A stretch of 64,000 bases of DNA from Heterodontus francisci (lineage: Eukaryota): positions 23,474,987-23,538,986 of the forward strand of contig NC_090402.1 of assembly GCF_036365525.1 (NCBI RefSeq), given 5' to 3'. Position 1 is the first letter of the stretch; every line of letters starts with the position of its first letter. Position numbers and translations under genes: made by a program. Shown here piece by piece: positions 47,701-59,700 of this stretch. The notes below the pieces were generated by a model. That model was not told the DNA's origin and did no database searches. It was given only the letters and a program-made list of their open reading frames with translations.

Positions 47701-50700
47701 TAAAATGTGATCTGGATCCCCAGGCCGGGCAGAGGCGGGATCACCACCGACTTTTCATTCGGTGGATGACTCCCGTCCAACGAGAGTAAACTTCTGGCCC
47801 AGGAATCTATGGTTCTCCTCTGCACTGCCTCCTGGGCTTGAATGTTGAGCCTTGGTGATCAAAATTGTACACAACACTCAAAGTGCTGACTGATGATCCA
47901 ATATGAGATAATTGCAGCAAACTGGATCAAGCATGTGGTATTCTGGGTATAGTTCAACACAAGTGAATGATGAGAAAGAAAGAGAAAAACATAAGGAATT
48001 GGATAATAGAAGACAGCCAATCACAAAGTGGAGGCTTTTTTTGGCTTTGTCCACAAGCAACTCCATGACGATCAATTATTTCTTGATTGTTTCTCTAATA
48101 TCTTTGAGAGATAGCAACTAGCCCCATAAAAAAAACAAGCATATCTCTGGAAAATATACAGTTGCTCATTTATGGAGCAAATGTAAAATGAGAGAAGGAA
48201 GTAAAGGGAAGGGGCCCTACCATGATGGAGGCTGGGGTTAGTACAAGATCAATCAGAGAAAGATGTAATAGAAGCCAACACAATTTTATGTGCAGTTTAG
48301 CACTAAATCTTTTCTAGTAGTCTTTGACCTCGTCAGCAGACGTGGTCTCTTCAGACTACTAGAAAAGATCGGATGTCCACCAAAGCTACTAAGTATCATC
48401 ACCTCATTCCATGACAATATGAAAGGCACAATTCAACATGGTGGCTCCTCATCAGAGCCCTTTCCTATCCTGAGTGGTGTGAAACAGGGCTGTGTTCTCG
48501 CACCCACACTTTTTGGGATTTTCTTCTCCCTGCTGCTTTCACATGCGTTCAAATCCTCTGAAGAAGGAATTTTCCTCCACACAAGATCAGGGGGCAGGTT
48601 GTTCAACCTTGCCCGTCTAAGAGCGAAGTCCAAAGTACGGAAAGTTCTCATCAGAGAACTCCTCTTTGCTGACGATGCTGCTTTAACATCTCACAGTGAA
48701 GAGTGCCTGCAGAGTCTCATCGCCAGGTTTGCGTCTGCCTGCAATGAATTTGGCCTAACCATCAGCCTCAAGAAAACGAACATCATGGGGCAGGATGTCA
48801 GAAATGCTCCATCCATCAATATTGGCGACCACGCTCTGGAAGTGGTTCAAGAGTTTACCTACCTAGGCTCAACTATCACCAGTAACCTGTCTCTAGATGC
48901 AGAAATCAACAAGCGCGTGGGTAAGGCTTCCACTGCTATGTCCAGACTGGCCAAGAGAGTGTGGGAAAATGGCGCACTGACACGGAACACAAAAGTCCGA
49001 GTGTATCAGGCCTGTGTCCTCAGTACCTTGCTCTACGGCAGCGAGGCCTGGACAACGTATGCCAGCCAAGAGCGACGTCTCAATTCATTCCATCTTCGCT
49101 GCCTTCGGAGAATACTTGGCATCAGGTGGCAGGACTATATCTCCAACACAGAAGTCCTTGAAGCGGCCAACACCCCCAGCTTATACACACTACTGAGTCA
49201 GTGGCGCTTGAGATGGCTTGGCCATGTGAGCCGCATGGAAGATGGCAGGATCTCCAAAGACACATTGTACAGCGAGCTCGCCACTGGTATCAGACCCACC
49301 GGCTGTCCATGTCTCCGCTATAAAGACGTCTGCAAACGCGACATGAAATCGTGTGACATTGATCACAAGTCGTGGGAGTCAGTTGCCAGCATTCGCCAGA
49401 GCTGGCGGGCAGCCATAAAGACAGGGCTAAATTGTGGCGAGTCGAAGAGACTTAGTAGTTGGCAGGAAAAAAGACAGAGGCGCAAGGGGAGAGCCAACTG
49501 TGCAACAGCCCCAACAAACAAATTTCTCTGCAGCACCTGTGGAAGAGCCTGTCACTCCAGAATTGGCCTTTATAGCCACTCCAGGCGCTGCTTCACAAAC
49601 CACTGACCACCTCCAGGCGCATATCCATTGTCTCTCGAGATAAGGAGGCCCAAAGAAGAAGCACTAAATGCAAATTTTTGTGTGCTACACCTTTCCACAT
49701 TCAGGATATCATAGATTCATCAGATATGGTTTTGGATAAAGGAAAATTATTCTCTGAAAATGATTTTAACATTCCCCTGCAAATAGCACACATTCTCTGA
49801 ATCTTATTTTAGTATCAGGGCTGCTGCTGTGAAGTTTAGATCTGACACAAATTAATGGAAAAATAAAAGAAAATCCAGATATCCAGAATTTGATGAAAAA
49901 TAGTGATAGTTACTGATTTGGGTTTTAGCCATTGGGTTTTAACTTCAACATTTAGTTTGACTTTATAAGAAAACTGATTCTAATATGTTCCAACACACGC
50001 CACAGAACCGCATCTCATTGATGTTGCCTTAACACTATTCTCTAACATGGTCAAACGAGCTGTGTTGTTCTTAGGACACACGAAGAGTGTGGAAACCGTA
50101 TGCTTCAGCAGTGATTCGAGTTTGCTCGCATCTGGAAGCTGGGACTATACAGCTGTTCTTTGGGATCCAAAGGTTAGTTGTAGGCCTTTTAATTTAATTA
50201 TGTTTCCCATCATTGTGTTTTCCAGTCACATCAACCACCGCACCCTCATTTCTGTCACCACCCCACCCCCCCTCCCCCACACTGACAATGGTGTCCCTGT
50301 CCTAGCCCTATTTATCTGTGCAATATGTTATGGGTCCCGAAGCTGTCTGAGGGGCAAGCAGGCATGGATCCCGATTGTCCTCGAGATTGGCTGGTAGGTG
50401 GGCTTGGCAGCCAAGTAGCAGCAGCGGGCAGGGGAGGGAGCAGGCCCAATTTAAAGGCATGATGGCAGCCATTCCTGTGGCAGCTGTCTTGCAACTCAAT
50501 GACAGGCAGAAGTCAACAGGAGGGGAGGCAGAGGTCTGTCACCTGAGGCAGGACTGCCCCGCAGTTTAGAGACTCCGCCCTTGATGTCCTCTTGGAGGCT
50601 GTGAACAAAAAGCTGTTGTAGTATGTTAATGTGGGTATGTCCATATTCTGTAAACATCATCCGGCAGCATGAGATGTCATCTGTCATGTGACACAGTAGT

Positions 50701-53700
50701 TGGAATGAGTTAGTTGACCAAGCAAGATGTACTTGTAGGAGCTCTCCAGCAATATGTATATACTACTGTAATCTTCGAATAAAGAACTCACAGTTTACCA
50801 GTAGTACCTGTGTGATGGTGAGTTTGTGTCTGAAGGATAGAGGGAAACACAATATGATGGCAGCAAATGGGGGTTTGAAGATTGAGCTTTTAAGGCATAT
50901 CGGGAGAGCATCAGATTCAGTTTGGGACTATACCAGCATTTTGTGAGGGAAGCAGTAGCTGCCAACAGAGTTCTGAGAGATGAACCAGTATCATCAGGTA
51001 GAACTCTGTTGAGAACAGTGAGTAACTGTACAAAAGGCTCACTGGATTGGTAGCAAAGGGGTACAATCAGTCGATTTGGATTGGGCCAGTACAGGTTGAT
51101 TCAAAGGCAGGCTTAAAGGCTGAAAGAAAAAAAAGCCAAAACACTGTTTTGTGAACGGGTTCTGAAAAAGCACGCGAAGGGGCACAACAGCGCAACAGAC
51201 TCACAGTGCCTTAGAGTTCAGAAACAGGTCCATAGATGCAATCATACTACTGGAAGCATTTTCAACCATTAATATTGTGCTTTCTAGGAAGATTGGAAAG
51301 CACACAGAGGGCCAAAATTGACACTGGGGTGAGTACCAATATCCTTCCCCAAAGGATATGAACCTCCAACATTGGAAGACAATGGTACAACCAACTACAA
51401 CTAAGTTAACGGCATATAACAGATCACCAATTCATTGCATTGGGACAATAATACTGAGGTCCAGCTACAGTCAGTCGGCATGATTGTCACAGGTCTTTTA
51501 TCTTGTTGATGCACAAGGTCCATCTATAGCAGGCTTACCAGCATGCAGAGACCTTAAGCTCATTATTTTTGGGATTAACTAGGTACCAGCAGGGATATCA
51601 GATGCAAAGAGTGACTCCATTGAGTCAGTCCTCAACTTGAAATCTAAACACCCAGACCAGTTTGATACAATCAGCAGTTTTAAAGGGAATGCAGTCTTCC
51701 ACCTACAAGAGGATGCAATTCCATCTGTCAATAGTCCCTCCGAGAAAATGCAGCATTCATGTCCAAGGCAAATTAAAAGTTGAACTGGATAAAATGGAGC
51801 AAGACTGTGTTATCCGTAAAGTACAACAGCGCACAGACTGGTGCAGTTTGATTATGTGTGTGATAAAGAAGGATGGAGCGATTAGAGTATGTCTAGACCG
51901 GGACATCTTAACCAACCATTTGAAAAGATGCCCACACAAGACTCCAACGTTGGAGCTCAATTCAAAGTTCACTGGTGCGAAATTCTAATCCAAGATAGAT
52001 GCTAAAGCAGTTACTGGCCTTTCTATCTGGCGGAAGGCTCACAGGAGTTGACAACATTTTGGACACCATTTGGAAGGTACTGTTTTCAAAGATTGCCTTT
52101 TGGATTATCAGTCAGCCAGGACTTGTTCCAATGGTACATGGACCAAATCACTGGAGAGGTGCTGGGATTCATTTGCATCACTGATATTGCTGTGGTTGGC
52201 AAGACGAAGGAAGAATACCCCCCCATCTCAATTTACACCTTTTTTAAGGGAGGCACCTTGTCTTCAAAAGTCGAAAATGTGAGGTGAATGTGTGTCACAT
52301 TAACTTTTCTTTGGTTCTGTATAATTTAATGATGATATCTGTCCGGATTCAAGCAAAGTGACAAACATATGTTCCACGCCTTCTCCACAGGACAGGGAGG
52401 AATAGTCTGGGATTGTTTAACTTCCTCAGACCATATGTTCCCAACTTTGCTCAGAAGGTATCAACGCTCAGGGAGCTATTGAGGAAAGAAGTACCATTCA
52501 TATGGCAAGAGGACCATCAGCACATGCATGAGGCGTTAAAGTCACTGTCAGAGGAAATGTCCTCACTCTGGTTTTCCAACCCAGGAAAGAAAGCACCTTA
52601 GAGGTAGACACATTGCAGAAGGGGCTCAGAGCTTACATTCTGCAGGATGGAAAACCCATTGCATTCAGATCAAAGAGCTTATCTCAAGCGATCTATTCAA
52701 ATATACAGCAGGAAAGACAAGCTCTAGTATTTGACATTAACACGATTTCATACATATCTGTTTGGAAAGAGATTCATTGTGGAAACAGGTCACATACCTC
52801 TTAATGATAGGGCCACCTGTTGGCTCCCGAGCTTTGAGAGTCCGCCTGGATGCTGAGACTGCTCTCTGGACACTAGAGTCACAGAGTTATACAGCACAGA
52901 AACAGGCCCTTCGGCCCATCATGTCTGTGCCGGCCATCAAGCACCTAACTATTCTAATCCCATTTTCCAGCACTTGGCCAGTAGCCTTGTATGCTATGGC
53001 GTTTCAAGTGCTCATCTAAATACTTCTTAAATATTATGAGGGTTCCTGCCTCTACCACCTCTTCAGGCAGTGTGTTCCAGATTCCAACCACCCTCTGGGT
53101 CAAAAGATTTTTCCTCAAATCCCCTCTAAACCTCCTGCACCTCACCTTAAATCTATGCCCCCTGGTTATTGACCCCCTCTGCTAAGGGAAGACGTTTCTT
53201 CCTATCTAGCCTATCAATGCCCCTCATAATCTTGTACACCTCAATCATATGTCCCCTCTGCCTTCTCTGCTCTAAGGAAAATAACCCTAGCCTTTTCCAT
53301 CTCTCTTCTTAGCTGAAATGCTCCAGCCCAGGCAACATCCTGGTGAATCTCCTCTGCACCCTCTCCAGTGCAATCACATTCTTCCTACAGTGTGGTGCCC
53401 AGAACTGTACACAGTAATCCAGCTGTGGCCTAACTAGCAATTTATACAGCTCCATCACAACTTCCCTGCTCTTATATTCTATGCCTCGGCTAATGAAAGC
53501 AAGTATCCCATATGCTTTCCTAACCACCTTATCTACCTGTGCTGCTGCCTTCCTTGATCTATGGACAAGTACATCAAGGTCCCTCTGACCCTCTGTACTT
53601 CCTAGGGTCCTACCATCCATTGTATATTACCTTGCCTTGTTAGTCCTCACAAAATGCAGCACCTCACACTTCTCAGGATTAAATTCCATTTGCCACAGCT

Positions 53701-56700
53701 CCGCCCAACTATATCGTCCTGTAATCTGAGGCTTTCCTCCTCACTATTTACGACACCACCAATTTTCATGTCATCTGCGAACTTACTGATCATACTTCCT
53801 ATATTCACATATAAATCATTAATGTACACTACAAACAGCAAGGGTCCCAGCACCGATCCCTGCTGTACACCATTTATCACAGATTTTTCACTTGCAAAAA
53901 GAACCCTCGACCATCACCCTCTGCCTCCTGCCACTAAGCCAATTTTGGATCCAATTTGCCAAATTGCCCTGGATCCCATGGGCTTTTACTTTCTTAACCA
54001 ATCTCCCATGCGGGACCTTATCAAAAGCCTTACTGAAGTCCAAGTAGACTACATCAACTGCTTTACCCTCATCTACACATTTCGTCACCGCCTCAAAAAA
54101 TTCAATCAAGTTAGTCAGACCCGATCTCCCCCTGACAAAGCCATGCTGACTATCCTCGATTAATCCCTGCCTCTCCAAGTGGAGATTAATCCTGTCCCTC
54201 AGAATTTTTTCCAATATTTTCCCAACCACTGATGTTGGACTCGCTGGCCTGTAATTACCTGGTTTATCCCTGATAACCTTCTTAAATAATGGTACCACAT
54301 TTGCTGTCCTCCAATCCTCTGGTACCTCTCCTGTGTCAGTGGGCCTGCTATCTCCTCCCTTGCCTCACATAACAGCCTGGGATACATCTCATCTGGGCCT
54401 GGGGATTTATCCACTTTTAAGCCCACTAAAACCGCTAATACTTCCTCCCTTTCAACGCTAATATGTTCAAGTATATCACAATCCCCCTCCCTGATCTCTA
54501 CACCTACATTATCCTTCTCCAAAGTGAACACAGATGAAAAGTAATCATTTAAAACCTCATCTATGTCCTCCGGCTCCACACACAGATTGCCACTTTGGTC
54601 CCTATTGGGCCCTACTCTTTCCCTGGTTATCCTCTTGCCCTTAATATAAAACGCCTTGGGATTTTCCTTTATCTTGCCCGCCAGTGTTTTTTCATGTCCC
54701 CTCTTTGCTCTCCTAATTACTTTTTTAAGTACCCCCTACACTTTCTATACTCCTCTAGTGCCTCTGCTGTTTTCAGCACTCTGAATCTGCCATAAGCCTC
54801 TTTTTTTTTTCCTGATCCAATCCTCTACATCCCTTGACATCCAGGGTTCCCTGGACTTGTTGGTCCTACCCTTCACCTTAACAGGTACATGTTGGCTCTG
54901 AACTCTCACTATTTCCTCTTTGAATGACTCCCACTGCTCTGATGTAGACTTTCCTACAAGAAGCTGCTCCCAGTCCACTTTGGCCAGATCCTGTTTTATC
55001 ATCTTAAAATCGGCCTTCCCCCAATTCAGCACCTTTATTTTCAGTCCATCTTTGTCCTTTTCCATAACTACCTTAAATCTTACAGAGTTATGGTCACTAT
55101 CCACACAATGATCCCCCCACTGACACTTCTACCATTTGTCTGGCTTCATTCCCTAGGATTAAGTCCAGTACTGCCCCTTCTCTTGTAGGACTATCTACGT
55201 ACTGGCTCAAAAAGCTCTCCTGTATGCATTTTAAGAATTCCGCCCCCTTTAAGCCTTTTGCACTAAGACTATCCCAGCTGATATTGGGGAAGTTGAAATC
55301 CCCTACTATTATTACCCTATTATTTTTAACCTTTCTAAGATTTGCCTACATATTTGCTCCTCTATCTCTCCCTGACTGTTTGGCGGCCTGTAGTACACTC
55401 CCAGCCAAGTGATTGCCCCCTTTTTGTTTTTAAGTTCTACCTATATGGCCTCATTTGAGGAACCTTCTAAGATACCATTCCTCTTTACTGCAGTAATTGA
55501 CTCTTTGATCAACAGTGCAATGCCACCTCCTCTTTTACCCCCTCCCCTGTCATGCCTGAAGATTCTATACCCTGGAATATTGAGCTGCCAGTCCTGCCCT
55601 CCCTTAACCATGTCTCAGTGATAGCAATAATATTATAATCCCATGTGCTAATCAATGCCCTCAATACATCTGCCTTACTAGTAAGACTCCTTGCATTAAA
55701 ATAGATGCAATTCAGCATTGCATTTTTCACTTTTGCCTTAACAGGTCTATACTTGCTCTGCCTTCCAGACTGACTCATTTTCTCTTCTATATTTGACTGT
55801 GCATTACCCCCTATTGTAACTTCACTTTGTATCCCATTCACCTGCCAAATTAGATTCACCAGCACCCCCCCCCCCCCCCCAACAGCACTAGGAAACCTTC
55901 CGGCAAGGAGATTGGTCCTGTTCCAGTTCAGGTGCAACCCGTCGAATTTATACAGGTCCCACCTTTGCCAGAAACAGACCCAGTGATCCAGGAAACTAAA
56001 GCCTTCCCTCCTGCACCACCTCCTCAGCCACACATTCATCTGCTCGATTCTCCTATTCCTATACTCACTAGCACGTGGCACTGGGAGTAATCCAGAGATT
56101 ACAACCTTTGAGGTTCTGCTTTTTAATCTGCTACCTAGCACCCTAAATTCTTTTTGCAGGACCTCATACCTCTTTTTACCTATGTTGTTGGTGCTGATGT
56201 GTACCATGACCTCTGACTGTTCACCCTCTCCCTTCAGAATGTCCTGCAGCCGCTCCGTGACATCCTTGACCCTAGCACCAGGGAGGCAACATACCATCCT
56301 GGAGTCTCGTTTGCGGCCACAGAAACGCCTATCTGTACCTCTTACGATTGACTCCCCTATCTGAATGGCTTTCCCACTCTCTTTTTCACCCCCTCCTGAG
56401 CAGCAGAGCCATCCGTGGTGCCATGAATTTGGCTGCTGTTGCTTTTCCCGGGACGCCACCACCCCCCCACCCCCACCCACCCCCCAACAACAGTATCCAA
56501 AGTGATATATCTGTTTGAGAGAGGGATGGCCACAGGGGACTCCTGCACTACCTGCCTATGCCTACTACTACTCCCTTTTCTGCCTGTGCAGCCATTACCT
56601 GCGGTGTGACCACCTCGCTAAACGTGCTATCCACGACGTCCTCAGCATCGTGGATGCTCCACAGTCAATCCACCCGCAGCTCCAGCTGCGCAATGCAGTC

Positions 56701-59700
56701 AGCCAGTATCTGCAGCTGGACACACTTCCTGTACACATGGTCGCCAGGGACACTGGAAGTGTCCCTGATTTCCCACATAGTGCAGGAGGAGCATGCCACG
56801 GGGCTGAGCTCTCCTGCTATGACTTAGCCTTAGATTAAGCTCCTTAGTTACTCCCTTTTAATTTAGAGTACTAATTACGATAGGGTCCTTATTCTACTCC
56901 AAACACTATCTGCTACAATCTAAATTCCCTACCTTTACTTTTACTTTAGCTATTGAAAGTAGTAAAAAAGGGTCGAGTTGGCCAATTTGCAGAAAATCAG
57001 CAACATCAATTTATACTTGAAGTGTGCCTTTAACATAATGAAACGTCCCAAGGCACTTTACAGAAACATTATAAAACAAAGTATTACACCGAGCCACCAA
57101 AGGAGATAGAATGTCAGATGACCAAAAGCTTAGTCAAAGAGGTTGGTTTTAAGGAGCATTTTGAAGGAAAGCAAGGTGGGGAGGTGTAGGAAGGGTATTT
57201 CAAAGCTAGACAACTGAAGGCACAGCCACCAATGGTGGAGCGATTAAAGTCAGCGATGCACGAGGCTAGGATTAGAGGAGCGCGGGTATCTTGGAGGGTT
57301 GTGGGGCTGGAGGAGATTCGAGAGATAGGGAGGGGCAAGGCCATGGAGGGATTTGAAAGCAAGGATGAGAATTCATGTTTCATACACCATGCGAGCTCCT
57401 GACCCCTATTTGACCCTGATGTCGGGATCACAAAGCCCGCAGGGTAGATCCTGCCTATGGTTTTAAATCTGTCCGGACCAACAGGGTGTCAATGAAAGGC
57501 AATAATGAGGCCAGGTTTCTACAATTGATAAGCAGTATAGTGTGCCACTTTTCACTCTTACTGACTGATTATGAGGGAATATCACTGCATTAGTGTATTG
57601 TAATCATTTATTTAGTCTCAAGACATAGTATGATACTGGAAAGAGTTGCTTAGATAATTAAACCTATCCGTTCAGTACAGTTAGGGTATACTGTGTCTGA
57701 ATAAGTCAAAATTCTGTTTATATTATATGAAACGTTGAGACTATTCCTAAAGAATTGGGAATTGAGTTTTTCAATTCCATTCCTTTTAACAGCACAAGAC
57801 AGCAGCATTTATTATTGTCTCAATTCAGGGAGGACAGTGATGTTAAAAATTATAGGAATGGGCAGTTTTAATTTGCTTTTGTTACAAAAGTGTAAGAAAG
57901 CCTAATTCCTGTTTTATGTATTGAACAAAAAATTTGTGGAGTCTATTCTTTTGCTGCTCCTGTACCTGCAGATGTATAACTAACTCTAAACTATTTAAAC
58001 TCTTTTTATTTTTAAACAGTCAGGACAACTTGTGAAGTCTCTCACTGGACATCAGAATGTGATTAAAGCCTGTGCCATTTCATTCGATGGAGAACATTTG
58101 GTAACCTGGTTTACTTCATTTATACTTGTGCTGTATCCCTAATTATCTCCAGTGCACTGAGTATATCATATTTACTACTTACATTTATACAGCACCTTTT
58201 AACATAGAAGTCCCGTGGCATTTTAAATAGTTGCAAAGGGTGGGGAAAGATTAGAAATAGATAAAAGGAATAAAGGAGTGGATGCTGGTTCAGGGTTTGG
58301 AAAAGGTGTATGAAAGCTTCATCAAGCAGAAGAGTACTGAGGTTTTTAAAGGTGGCGAGAGATTTGGCGGACTTAAAACTACTAGCAACAATGTCAGAGT
58401 TCTCCACGGACCACAGCTGGAAAGTGCGAGGATTTCAGATATGGACAGAATTGTGCTTGGCTATAATGCAGCCCAAACAAAGGGCCAAGCAACACTCACT
58501 GTCGTTACCTCACCCGTTCTTCATGGGTGAGCACTGGAGTGTGGTGGCACCTCAGGAGCCACATCTACAGCAGCGAATTGGCAGGAGACAAAAGCAAGTA
58601 TATTGAAATATGAAAAAGTTACAGTTCAATACATTGATATGTGAGAAGTACATTAGGTGATGCATCTGAAAGACTGAATGGTAATATTTTTGATGTAACT
58701 GTTGAATCTCTTTGGTAGTAAATGTATTAACAAACTGCCTGGGTGTTCTTGTTAAACCAGCCAGAACATGTTTTTCAGGGCTGGATCTTAGAAATTCCTT
58801 CAAGTAAGCGGTTGTTTTTCTTGTGCAGGCCACTGGGTCCTGGGATTGTACAGTAATGGTGTGGAATTTACAAAGCATGGAACGACAATTTATTTTGCAC
58901 GGTCACACTGGCAATGTGAGCTGTGTAGCGTTTTCTCGAATTGGAATGCTGGTAAGTTGATTGGTGAAATGAAATAGAAAGTAGTGGTATTGAAGCAACA
59001 TGGGCACTGTCACTTACTCAGTGGCAAAATCCAATGTATGGACTGGTACTGAGCCATTCAAACTAGGATGGTCTCTGGCCTAAGCTAAGTTACCTGATTT
59101 TAGCCAGGCTGACAGTGGGGCCCTACAATTTCCCTATTTTCTTTGGCTCATAAAGGAAGGAAGTCAGTTTGGTTCCTACCTTTGATGTTGCAAAGTGTAT
59201 GTGTAAACATCAGGTGGAAACGAGATCAAGCTCCATTATAATAGCCCAATGCACTCTCCATAGCCTTACAAATGAAAGATGGTCTATTGGGTAATGCATT
59301 GGAGTTAATGGTGTAACAATCCAGATGAAGCCTGTGCCTTCAGGAGGAGGAATTTGAAAGGCAAAATACAAAATTCTATAGAAGATTTGACATCGAAAGA
59401 TTAACAAGTTATTGCTCAAAACACCAGTTCTCTCAGATGTAAATTCTTATTGTTTTATATAGGCCTCAGGTTCCTGGGACAAGACAGTACGTGTATGGGA
59501 TTCAAGGAATGGGCTCCTGATCTTTCTCCTGACGGAGCACACTGGTCGGGTGATGGCTCTCTCATTCTCTCTGGATGCAATTCTACTGGTGACAGCAGCA
59601 GAAGATGAAACGGTAGAATGTGAAGGGATTCATTTAAATTGGAATTCTTGTTTTCAATAGGCTGCAAGGCTGACTCATTCTCATCTGTTCTCATAGGTTC

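Noticed and set aside
21655-52805. Idea that the two Gypsy remnants (- at 21.7-22.5 kb, + at 50.7-52.8 kb) are one element split by the inversion
   Set aside because: They overlap in RNase H without visible nucleotide identity, and the + remnant is not at an inferred breakpoint.
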